64,000 nucleotides of DNA, taken from NCBI GenBank assembly GCA_965203905.1, contig CBDBDQ010000005.1, forward strand, positions 96,001 through 160,000, written 5' to 3'. Within the stretch, counting starts at the first letter, position 1, and each line of letters begins with the position of its first letter. The notes beneath the pieces were generated by a model. The model did no database searches and was not told the origin of the DNA. It saw only the letters and a program-made list of their open reading frames with translations. The DNA comes from Spirochaetia bacterium (GTDB lineage: Bacteria; Spirochaetota; Spirochaetia; SZUA-6; Bin103). The translations under genes were made by a program, and so were the position numbers. Shown piece by piece: positions 45,709 to 54,338 of the stretch.

Positions 45709-46842
45709 TCAACTCGGTACGCGCTCTGCCGGCGGGCCGCACGCGGCGTCGATCATGGAGCGGTAGACCGCCACCGCACGGCGCAGCTCGGGCACGGCGA
45801 TCCACTCGCCCTCGGTGTGCGCCTGGGCTATGTTGCCCGGGCCGAGCACCACCAGCTCCAGGTCGTTCATGAAGGCAAACGCGTCGGTGCCGAACCCGAC
45901 CGTCTCGGCCCGCTCCGCACCGGTGGCCTGAAGGGCGAGCTGCACGACCCGGCTCTCCGGCGGCACCCGAAACGCTGCCCCTATCACCCCTTCGAACTGC
46001 AGACCGTGGCGCTCCGCCTTCTCCCGGATGATGGCCAGCAGGTCTTCGCTGCGGTCGTCCGGCATGGGGCGGAAGGCCAGCGTGCACACCGTGCGCGCGG
46101 CGGTGACGTTGGGGCGCGTGCGGCCGTCGTCGATGGTTACGTTGAGGCAGTTGTGGGGCGGTGAGAACTCGCGGTTGAGGAACGACTCGTCGTGCTGGAT
46201 CTCGCGCGCGAGCTGCGCCATCTCGGCCAGAAACGGGGCGATCAGAAAGGTGGCGTTGATCCCCTTGCCGGTGCTGCTGTGAGCCGCACGGCCACGGGCG
46301 GTGACGACCGCGCGCGCACCACCCTTGTGGGCGTAGACCGGGATCAGCCGGGTCGGCTCGGCGACCACCCCCAGCGTCGGGCCGCGGTACAGGCGGGAGT
46401 TGGCCACCACGTGCAGCGCGCCGCGCCCGGACACCTCCTCGTCCGCGGTTACCACGACGTAGACGGGACGACTGAGGGACTCCGCAGCCGGAGCCGCCGC
46501 CGCTTCGATGGTCGCCGCCAGCGGGCCCTTCATGTCGCAACTCCCCAGACCGATCAGCCGATCGCCCTCACGCCGCGGGGTGAACGCCTCGGATGCCCAG
46601 CTGTCGCCGGGTACGGTGTCGCTGTGGGAGAACAGACCAATGCCGCCCTCGCCGCTGCCGCGGCGGCCCACCAAGTTGACCTTGCGCACGCCGTCCGGAT
46701 CGTCGTACTCCAGACGCTCCACCTCGAACCCGGCCCCCTCCAGCACCTCGTGCAGCAGGTTGCTGACGGCCACGTTGCTGTGCCGGCTCACCGAGTCGAT
46801 GGCTACGAGTTGTTGCGCCAGTTCCAGCGCGTCTACTGACAT
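45709..46842 (-). CDS. M20 family amidohydrolase (ArgE/DapE-like)
   Basis: SHSDTVP, GSCDMKG, DEEV, GPG..AQAH. Confidence 0.9.
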   Translation of the reverse strand: MSVDALELAQQLVAIDSVSRHSNVAVSNLLHEVLEGAGFEVERLEYDDPDGVRKVNLVGRRGSGEGGIGLFSHSDTVPGDSWASEAFTPRREGDRLIGLGSCDMKGPLAATIEAAAAPAAESLSRPVYVVVTADEEVSGRGALHVVANSRLYRGPTLGVVAEPTRLIPVYAHKGGARAVVTARGRAAHSSTGKGINATFLIAPFLAEMAQLAREIQHDESFLNREFSPPHNCLNVTIDDGRTRPNVTAARTVCTLAFRPMPDDRSEDLLAIIREKAERHGLQFEGVIGAAFRVPPESRVVQLALQATGAERAETVGFGTDAFAFMNDLELVVLGPGNIAQAHTEGEWIAVPELRRAVAVYRSMIDAACGPPAERVPS

Positions 46843-46845
46843 GGA

Positions 46846-47304
46846 TTACGCGCTGAACGGTGCGTACTTGCGCTGTACCTTCTCGGTGACTTCGCCAATG
46901 TCGTAGCCGGTGGAATAGAGCCAGTGCCTGGCACCCTGCTCGGAAACGTAGGCGAATTCCTTGGCCAACGCGCGACTCGCGCCGGCGGCCCCCTTGGTGG
47001 TGTACAGATCGTCCACGTAGGCGGCGAACGACCCGTGCTCACCCGCAATGTCGGCCATGGCGCGGGCGTTGGTCACCACCGCCGCCAACTTGGCGCGGTA
47101 CTTGATGACCCGGTCGTCCCCGGCGATACGATCGACGTCGTCCGGGGACAGCGCCGCCACGGCGGCTACGTCGAAGTTGGAGAATACCTGGCGAAAGCCG
47201 GCCCACTTGCCGTCCACCACCTGGCGGTTGAGACCGCCCATGAAGATGATGCGCGCGGCAGCTTCAAGGTAGCCCGCGTCGGTGTCCGGTTTGGGAGGAT
47301 GCAT
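46846..47304 (-). CDS. DNA-3-methyladenine glycosylase I (Tag)-like protein, short form
   Basis: GGLN....KW.GFR.VF.NFD...VA and IKYRAKLAAVVTNARA resemble the Tag core. Confidence 0.78.
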   Translation of the reverse strand: MHPPKPDTDAGYLEAAARIIFMGGLNRQVVDGKWAGFRQVFSNFDVAAVAALSPDDVDRIAGDDRVIKYRAKLAAVVTNARAMADIAGEHGSFAAYVDDLYTTKGAAGASRALAKEFAYVSEQGARHWLYSTGYDIGEVTEKVQRKYAPFSA

Positions 47305-47380
47305 GGTCGCAGCTTACGCTATCGGCGGTCCGCTTCCAACGGCCGCCCTGTGCTGCCTGTGCCGCCGGCGGAGGGCCGGG

Positions 47381-48445
47381 TCAGGTGCCGGGCACGGGTA
47401 CCAGGCAGACCGGCGCCGGCACCGACGCGCCGTGTCCGGTGGGCTGCAGCGTACCGCGGGCAGGGTCGACCCGGAAGGTAACGATGTTGTCGGTCGACTG
47501 GTTGGCGGCCAACAGCAGCGACCCTGACGGATCGAGCGTGAAGTTGCGCGGCGTGCGCCCCCGGGTCGACTCGTGGCCGACCGGATCGAGCCGGCCGTCG
47601 CCGCCCACGGCGAAGATGGCGATGCTGTCGTGGCCGCGGTTGGAGCCGTACACGAAACGGCCGTTGGGATGCACGTGGATATCGGCGCAGTGATTGGTGC
47701 CGGCGAAGTCATCCGGCAGCGTGGAAACCGTATCTATCTCGGTCAGGCCACCGTCGCCGGCGTCGTAGGCAAGCGCGGTGATACTGGAACCGAGCTCGTT
47801 GATTACATACGCGACCCGGCCGCGCGGGTGGAAGGTGAAGTGGCGCGGGCCGACTCCCGGCGCCATCACGACGCTGCCGGCGGCGGTCAGCGTGCCCGCC
47901 TCGAGATCGATGCGGTAGATCACGATGCGGTCGATGCCGAGGTCGGGGACGTACAGGTAGTTGCCGTCCGGCGAGAGGTTCACCGAGTGGGGATGCGGCT
48001 CCTGCTGCCGCTCCGGGTTCACGCTGCTGCCCTCGTGGTGGAGCGTTGTCAGCGGTTCGCTCAGAGCCCCATCGGCCTCGCACCGATACATGGTCAGCGC
48101 GCCTCCCGCGTAGTTCGCCGTAAACGCCAGGGCGCCGCTCGGGTGGAGCGCCACGTGGCACGGGCCGGCGGCGCCGGTGAGCTGCTTTCCCAGCAGCGCC
48201 AGGGCGCCGTCGCCCTGTACGCGAAAGGCGGCGGTGGCGCCCTGCGGTGCACCGCCGAGATCGCTTACCTCGCTCACGGCGTACAGGAAGTCTCGCGTCG
48301 GACTCAGGGCGAGGAACGCGGGATTGTCCGCCCGCGCCGCCACGCCCTGCACGGTGAACTCCCCGGAGGCGACGTCGAGCTCCGCCTGATAGATCCCCTC
48401 GCTGCCGGTAGCGCCGCGAGTGTAGGTCCCCACATAGACACGCAT
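47381..48445 (-). CDS. pgl: 6-phosphogluconolactonase (lactonase beta-propeller)
   Basis: YVGTYT, ANY, HPHS, DLGID, GPRH, SNRGHDS, PRNF. Confidence 0.9.
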   Translation of the reverse strand: MRVYVGTYTRGATGSEGIYQAELDVASGEFTVQGVAARADNPAFLALSPTRDFLYAVSEVSDLGGAPQGATAAFRVQGDGALALLGKQLTGAAGPCHVALHPSGALAFTANYAGGALTMYRCEADGALSEPLTTLHHEGSSVNPERQQEPHPHSVNLSPDGNYLYVPDLGIDRIVIYRIDLEAGTLTAAGSVVMAPGVGPRHFTFHPRGRVAYVINELGSSITALAYDAGDGGLTEIDTVSTLPDDFAGTNHCADIHVHPNGRFVYGSNRGHDSIAIFAVGGDGRLDPVGHESTRGRTPRNFTLDPSGSLLLAANQSTDNIVTFRVDPARGTLQPTGHGASVPAPVCLVPVPGT

Positions 48446-48572
48446 GGAGCGAGTCTACGACAGGTGAGGCTGCGCGAACAGCGGTACGGCCGGCGGCGAG
48501 GCTCGGTCGCCGTGAAGTCGGTCGGGTGGAGACATTGACAGACGCCGCGCCGGTATGCGATCTGAGTCGCCC

Positions 48573-49439
48573 ATGACCACCCGTACCGGCAATTTCCCCA
48601 TTGGCTTCTACGTGAAACAGCTCACCTGGAAGAGCGACCTGCTGGCCGTGGCCCGCTGGGCGACCGACAACGGCTTCGAGTTCCTGGACCTGGACGAGGA
48701 TGCGGACGAGACGGCGCAACTCCTCACCGGCGCCGGCTTCGCCATCGGCGCCGCCGACCTGATTGGCCGCGAGCAGATCACCTCCGCGGACCCGGCCAAC
48801 CGCCGCGACGGCGTGCAGCGGGCCGGACAGTACATTCGGGCTGCTGCCGCAGGCGGCGCCAGGATCTTCAACATCTGCGGCATCCCCGAGGACCCTTCCC
48901 TGCCGCGGAGCGAGAACCTGGAACGCTTCGTGGCCTCGCTGCGCGAGCTGGTGCCGGTGTTCGAGGAGACTGGCTCCTGCCTGGCGATCGAGGGCTGGCC
49001 GGGACCGGGAGCGGTCGCCTCCACCCCGGAGTCGTACCGGGCGGTGATTGACGGCTGCGAGTCCGCCACCATCGGCATCAACTACGATCCGTCGCACCTG
49101 ATCGCCACCGGCATCGATCCGATTCGCTTCGTGCAGGAGTTCGCCGCCGACGTGCGCCACGCCCACGGCAAGGACACCGAGATCTCGGCCGAGGCACAGT
49201 ACCAGTACGGCACCCGCCAGCCGCCGCTCGCCAAGCAGCCGGGGTTCGGCGACAATCACTGGCGCTACACCATTCCCGGCCACGGCGAGATGCGCTGGAC
49301 GGTCGCCTTCGAGGTGCTGCGCGACGCCGGCTACCGCGGCGGCATCGCCATCGAGCTGGAGGACAAGCACTTCAACGGCAGCGAGGAGGGCGAGAAAGCC
49401 GGCCTGCGGGCCGGCGGCGCGCTGCTGGCCTCGGTATAA
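48573..49439 (+). CDS. sugar phosphate isomerase/epimerase
   Basis: AIEGWP, NYDPSH, HGKD, IELED. Confidence 0.9.
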   Translation: MTTRTGNFPIGFYVKQLTWKSDLLAVARWATDNGFEFLDLDEDADETAQLLTGAGFAIGAADLIGREQITSADPANRRDGVQRAGQYIRAAAAGGARIFNICGIPEDPSLPRSENLERFVASLRELVPVFEETGSCLAIEGWPGPGAVASTPESYRAVIDGCESATIGINYDPSHLIATGIDPIRFVQEFAADVRHAHGKDTEISAEAQYQYGTRQPPLAKQPGFGDNHWRYTIPGHGEMRWTVAFEVLRDAGYRGGIAIELEDKHFNGSEEGEKAGLRAGGALLASV

Positions 49440-49450
49440 GCTGAAGCGTC

Positions 49451-50155
49451 CTATGGCAGGGCGGCGCGCTGGATCTGCAGCAGTTCGCGGATACCGCCGG
49501 CTGCCAGGTCCAGCAGCGCATCCAGCTGTGCGCGCGAGAACGGCACGCCCTCGGCGGTACCCTGTACCTCGACGAATGCGCCGCGATCGGTCATTGCAAC
49601 GTTGAGGTCCACCTCCGCGTTGCGATCCTCCTCGTAGCAGAGATCGAGCAGGGCCGCGTCGCCTACCACGCCGGCACTCACGGCGGCCACGGTGCCGCCC
49701 AGCGGATCCGCCTCGAGCAGGCCCGCCGTGCGCAAGCGGTGGACGGCGTGGTGCACGGCCACGCAGGCGCCCGTGATGGAGGCCACGCGCGTACCACCGT
49801 CGGCCTGCAGCACGTCGCAGTCCACCAGCAGGGTGCGCTCGCCGAGGAGCTGCAGGTCGACCACCGCGCGCAGGGCGCGGCCGATCAGGCGCTGGATCTC
49901 CTGCGTGCGGCCCCGTGGCCGCGTCTCGCGCGCGTTGCGGGTGGTGGTGGCACGCGGCAGCATGCGGTACTCGGCGGTGAGCCAGCCGCTACCGCGGCCC
50001 GCCAGGAACGGCGGCACTCCCTCCTCGACGCTGACCGCGCACAGCACGCGGGTGTCGCCGCAGTCGATCAACGCCGAGGCGTCCGCGAACTTCTGCACGT
50101 CGACGGTGATGCAGGTCGGCCGCAGTTGCTCGGGACGGCGACCGTCCGCGCGCAC
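49451..50155 (-). CDS. rph: ribonuclease PH
   Basis: [40 protein letters not shown]. Confidence 0.97.
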   Translation of the reverse strand: MRADGRRPEQLRPTCITVDVQKFADASALIDCGDTRVLCAVSVEEGVPPFLAGRGSGWLTAEYRMLPRATTTRNARETRPRGRTQEIQRLIGRALRAVVDLQLLGERTLLVDCDVLQADGGTRVASITGACVAVHHAVHRLRTAGLLEADPLGGTVAAVSAGVVGDAALLDLCYEEDRNAEVDLNVAMTDRGAFVEVQGTAEGVPFSRAQLDALLDLAAGGIRELLQIQRAALP

Positions 50156-50158
50156 CGG

Positions 50159-50521
50159 CTACGACTCCAGACGGCTCACGAAGTAGGCCCAGCCCACCCG
50201 GCGCCGCTCGTCGACATTGAGGCGGGCCGCCTCCGCGGCGCCGGCGTTGCGCTGCAGGAACTCGTCCGCGAGGGCGAGTTGCCGTTCCCCATCCATCGCG
50301 CGCCACTCCTCCTCGCGGGCTTCGCGCTGGTCGCCGTCCATCACGCCGATCACGTCCTGCGCCCGGCCAAACCACTTGTCCAGGTCGAAGCGCGGCTCCG
50401 GAGCGGCGGCGCCGTTCGCATCCGCGCGCTGCTGCGGTTTCTGGCTGAAGCGCTTGAACACCACCCAGACGATGATGAAACCGATGCACAGCAAGACAAT
50501 GGTGGTTCTGTCCATCTCCAT
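50159..50521 (-). CDS. hypothetical protein with N-terminal transmembrane anchor
   Basis: SD GGGAG; IVLLCIGFIIVWVVF; 2-3 nt spacing to both neighbours. Confidence 0.7.
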   Translation of the reverse strand: MEMDRTTIVLLCIGFIIVWVVFKRFSQKPQQRADANGAAAPEPRFDLDKWFGRAQDVIGVMDGDQREAREEEWRAMDGERQLALADEFLQRNAGAAEAARLNVDERRRVGWAYFVSRLES

Positions 50522-50523
50522 GA

Positions 50524-51951
50524 CTAGCTCCCTTGATCGAGGGCGTGCCACAGGTGGTCCGCGGTATCGCCCCAGAGTTCGCGCCACTCCCGCAGCCGCG
50601 TGCGCAGACGCTGCAGGGTGTCCTTGTGAACTGCCTCGTGCGCCAGGTTACGCAGCTCGCGCGGGTCGCCGGCGTGGTCGAAGAGCTGGGTGTGGCGCTC
50701 CTCCCCGACCACGTACTCGATGAGCTTGAAGCGCCCGTCGGTCACCGCCCGATGCAGATCCTGGTAGGCGAAGTGCAGGTGGTCGCGCACCGCGACGCCG
50801 GGATCCTCCAACGCCGGAATCAGGCTGCGGCCCTCCACCGACTCCGGCACGGCCACGCCGAGCAACTCGCACAGGGTAGGATAGATGTCGAGCAGGTAAC
50901 ACAGGGTAGCACGTCGCGCACCGCGCGGAATCCCCGGTCCCGCCATCAGCAGCGGCACGTGCACGCTGTGATCGTAGGTGCTCTGCTTGCCCATCAGCCC
51001 GTGCTGTCCCAGCGCCAGTCCGTTGTCGCCGGCAAACACGATGATGGTGTTGTCCAACTCGCCGGTAGCGCGCAGGGCGTCGATCACCCGCCCCATCTCG
51101 GCGTCCAGATGGCTGATCATGGCGTAGTACTCGGCGAGGTGGCGGCGGATGGCGGCCGGGGTGCGCGGATAGCTCTCCAGCAGCTCGTCACGCCCGCGCC
51201 AGCCGATGTCGAACGGGTGGTCGGGCAGGTAGGCCTCCGGCAACGGAACGCGGTCCGGGTCGTACATCGTGAGAAACCGCTGCGGCATGGTGCGGGGATC
51301 GTGCGGTGCCATGAACGACAGGTAGGCGAAGAACGGCCGGCAACCCTCGCCGCCGGCGCGGGCACGGGCGCCGGAGCCCGCCCGCCGCAGCAGGAACTGG
51401 ATGGTGGCGTCGGCAAAGAGCTGCGAGGAATGGGTGCCGGCGGCGACGTGATCGTAGCTCTTGGGGTTCATCTGCACCGTGCCGGTGCCGGGATCGAACG
51501 GATGCGGGCGCGGCTCCGGGTAGGCACCGCCGGGGTCGAAGCGGCACACCGGCACGTTCCAATGGTCGTCCATGCCGCCGAAGAAGATCTGGTCGCCGTG
51601 ATTGAAGCAGCGCGCGTAGGAGGCGCTGCCGTTGTGCCACTTGCCGGTGCCGAACGTGTCGTAGCCGGCGCCCCGCAGCAGTTCCGGCAGCATCACGTGC
51701 TGCTCCGGGATTGCGGCACCCGAGTCCTGCAGGTGGAACAAGGTGCGGCCGGTCATCAGCATGGCGCGGCTCGGCATGCACACCGCCGCCACGGTGCCAC
51801 CCATGATGTGGGCACGGGTGAAGGCGGTGCCCTCGCGCACCAGCCAGTCCAGGTTGGGGGTGTGGATGTCGGGATTGCCGAGCGCACGGATGGTGTCGAA
51901 GCGCTGATCGTCGGCAAAGAAGAACAGGACGTTGGGGCGGGCGGCGGGCAT
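50524..51951 (-). CDS. Cys-type sulfatase (choline-sulfatase-like)
   Basis: PNVLFFFADD, CMPSRA, GKWH, APHDP, GDNGLALGQHG. Confidence 0.93.
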   Translation of the reverse strand: MPAARPNVLFFFADDQRFDTIRALGNPDIHTPNLDWLVREGTAFTRAHIMGGTVAAVCMPSRAMLMTGRTLFHLQDSGAAIPEQHVMLPELLRGAGYDTFGTGKWHNGSASYARCFNHGDQIFFGGMDDHWNVPVCRFDPGGAYPEPRPHPFDPGTGTVQMNPKSYDHVAAGTHSSQLFADATIQFLLRRAGSGARARAGGEGCRPFFAYLSFMAPHDPRTMPQRFLTMYDPDRVPLPEAYLPDHPFDIGWRGRDELLESYPRTPAAIRRHLAEYYAMISHLDAEMGRVIDALRATGELDNTIIVFAGDNGLALGQHGLMGKQSTYDHSVHVPLLMAGPGIPRGARRATLCYLLDIYPTLCELLGVAVPESVEGRSLIPALEDPGVAVRDHLHFAYQDLHRAVTDGRFKLIEYVVGEERHTQLFDHAGDPRELRNLAHEAVHKDTLQRLRTRLREWRELWGDTADHLWHALDQGS

Positions 51952-51961
51952 CGCGGGGACT

Positions 51962-53620
51962 CTACGCGGAAGCCGGCGGTGCCGGCCAGGTGGAACGCAA
52001 CCGCGAGACGCGGGCCTTCCGCAGCACGGCGCTGCCACCGGCAGCGACGAAGTGCACCTCGCGCTGCGCCGGCATCGTCACGCCGCCGGCGGCCAGCATG
52101 ACCGGTGCCCTTGCGCCGGCGCCAGCGCCGCCGGGAGCGGCGAACAGCTCCACCGAGGCACGGTCGGCGAACACCCGGAACCTGACCTGGTCCAGACCGG
52201 GTGCCAACTGACCCGCGTGGGAGCCGTTGAACACGGTGCCGCTGCGCCGGTCGTACCACACCGACACGCCGCGGACCGCCATGCCGGCGGCCTCGGCGCC
52301 GGTCAGCTCGATGGTGGCCTCGACGTCCAACAGCTCACCGGTCAACTCCGCGGCATCGCCTGCCCCGGGGTGCAGCGGGTGGTCGGCGACCTCCCACGTC
52401 GACTCGCGCAGCGTCTCCAGTTCGCGCACCGGGGCGGTGACCAGCGCCGGCGGCGCGGAAGCCGAATCGGCCACACGCTGCAGGTGCAGCGTGTGCGGCA
52501 CGCTCATGAACTGCGAGAACGGCATGCCCGGCAGGGACTGGCGCATCCAGCCGATCATGATGCGGCGTCCGTCCGCGGCGGGGATGTCGCTGAAGGTCTG
52601 CGCCGCATAATGCTGCCCCGAGGGCTGCAGGCGGCGCGGCCCGCCCTGCGGTGTGAACGTGCGGCCGTCGAAGTCGCCCACCAGGTAGGTGGTGTTGGCT
52701 CCCCAGAACACCCAGCGCTCCTCGCCGGGGTCGCCGTCCACCGCCAGCGGAAAGAAGTCGGGCACCTCCGTACAGCCCGGCAGGTCGAGATCGCAAGTGC
52801 GTTCCCAATCGATCAGGTTGGGCGAGGCGAACAGGGCGTAGGCGGTGCGTTCCAGGTACAGCGCCATGACCCAGCGCTCGCTCTGCGGATGCCAGATCAC
52901 CTTGGGGTCGCGGTTCTTGCCGGCCTGGTGCGGGAGCACGGGATTGCCGTCGTACTTGTGCCAGGTGGCGCCGCCGTCGGCGCTGAACGCCAGGCACTGG
53001 GTGTATGCGGCAGGCGGCCGGGCCCACTCGCCGGCGGCGGTGTAGAGGAGCGCGATAGGCGGCTGCGAGCCATTGCCCAGTCCGGAGGTGTTGAGGTGGT
53101 CCACCACGGCGCAGCCGGTGAACATGGTCCCGAGGGCGTCGGGGTAGAGGGCCACCGGTCGTTCCGTCCAGTGCACCAGGTCCCGGCTGACGGCATGGCC
53201 CCAGTGCATGTTGCCCCACTCGGTGCCGTAGGGGTTGTGCTGATAGAACAGGTGATAGATCCCGTCGTGCCAGACCAGGCCATTGGGATCGTTGAGCCAG
53301 CCGCGGCGCGACGAAAAGTGGAACTGCGGACGCAGCGGTTCACGGTACAGCTCGGCCGAGCCCGGCGGCTGCGCCGCGCAACGTACGCCATCCAGGGCGG
53401 CAGCGCCCTCGTACTCCAGTTCCACGCTCGCTCCCGTGGCCGTCGCGGCGCCGAGATCGGTGAACGCCTCGTAGTCGGCATGCGCCGCGTCGCCCAGCTC
53501 GATGTCGAACTCGCGGACTCCCAGCCCCGGCGCGCGCAGGCGCATGCGCCCGGCGACGGGGCCCCGGCGTACCGGGAGGATCAGGTAGCGGCCACTGGCC
53601 GGCAGTTGCAGATGTTTCAT
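51962..53620 (-). CDS. GH32 glycoside hydrolase (levanase/fructosidase-like)
   Basis: WLNDPNG, HWGHAVS, RDPKV, EVPD, YAAQTF. Confidence 0.92.
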   Translation of the reverse strand: MKHLQLPASGRYLILPVRRGPVAGRMRLRAPGLGVREFDIELGDAAHADYEAFTDLGAATATGASVELEYEGAAALDGVRCAAQPPGSAELYREPLRPQFHFSSRRGWLNDPNGLVWHDGIYHLFYQHNPYGTEWGNMHWGHAVSRDLVHWTERPVALYPDALGTMFTGCAVVDHLNTSGLGNGSQPPIALLYTAAGEWARPPAAYTQCLAFSADGGATWHKYDGNPVLPHQAGKNRDPKVIWHPQSERWVMALYLERTAYALFASPNLIDWERTCDLDLPGCTEVPDFFPLAVDGDPGEERWVFWGANTTYLVGDFDGRTFTPQGGPRRLQPSGQHYAAQTFSDIPAADGRRIMIGWMRQSLPGMPFSQFMSVPHTLHLQRVADSASAPPALVTAPVRELETLRESTWEVADHPLHPGAGDAAELTGELLDVEATIELTGAEAAGMAVRGVSVWYDRRSGTVFNGSHAGQLAPGLDQVRFRVFADRASVELFAAPGGAGAGARAPVMLAAGGVTMPAQREVHFVAAGGSAVLRKARVSRLRSTWPAPPASA

Positions 53621-54231
53621 GATGAGGCCTCCTCGCGGATCGTCACCTCGCCCATCACGCTGACGCCGGCGAGGGTGACCTGGTGGCTGCTGAACCGGGA
53701 CCGGGTGGCCCGCTTGACCTTCCACGGGCGCACCGAGACCTCGCTCAGCAGGTTCCACAGCGTACGGTTGACCTGGGTGCCGTAGGGAACCGCGACCTGG
53801 AGCTCGCCCATGACGTTGTAGACCCGCAGCTCGTACACCCCGGGCGGCGCGTCGCTGAGGTCGATGCGGGTCGCACCCATGACGTTGATCACCTGCCGCG
53901 GCAGGTCCTGCACGCTCTCTACGTCGAGATCGCGCTCCCCCATCACCGTGACGGAAGTGCCGGCCCCGGTGACCGGCGGACCGGAAGCTTCGCTCGGCGC
54001 CACCTGGCGGGCGTCCGGGAAGTCAGCCACCAGCGCCTCCAGTTGGCCGATGCTGCTGGCGTGCTCGGCGGCGCGCACGCGGCGTTCATACTCGGCCAGC
54101 TCCAGGTTGTCGTCCGCGTAGGCGTCGGCCAGGCGCTGCAGGATCCGGCGCCGCAGCCTGGGCACGCCATACTCGGACGGCAGATGTTCGTCGTCCGGCG
54201 CGGCGGCCGGTGGCGGTCGGTCATGCGCCAT
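53617..54231 (-). CDS. DUF1707 (SHOCT-like) + LiaF/DUF2154-like protein
   Basis: LADAYADDNL...EYERR...LVADFP; repeated VMG beta-motifs. Confidence 0.8.
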   Translation of the reverse strand: MAHDRPPPAAAPDDEHLPSEYGVPRLRRRILQRLADAYADDNLELAEYERRVRAAEHASSIGQLEALVADFPDARQVAPSEASGPPVTGAGTSVTVMGERDLDVESVQDLPRQVINVMGATRIDLSDAPPGVYELRVYNVMGELQVAVPYGTQVNRTLWNLLSEVSVRPWKVKRATRSRFSSHQVTLAGVSVMGEVTIREEASS

Positions 54232-54338
54232 CTCCACCTCCCGTGCTCCAGTGTACCGATGCGGGCCACCCGTGCCGACCGCTGGCCGCGTGCGCCTCGG
54301 AACCATCTGCGCCGGCGTCCGGCGGTCCGCCCGGCCGA

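Noticed and set aside
48535-48563. TTGACA promoter before 48573
   Set aside because: Perfect -35, but the -10 at 17-nt spacing (CGATCT) is poor; not enough support to list.
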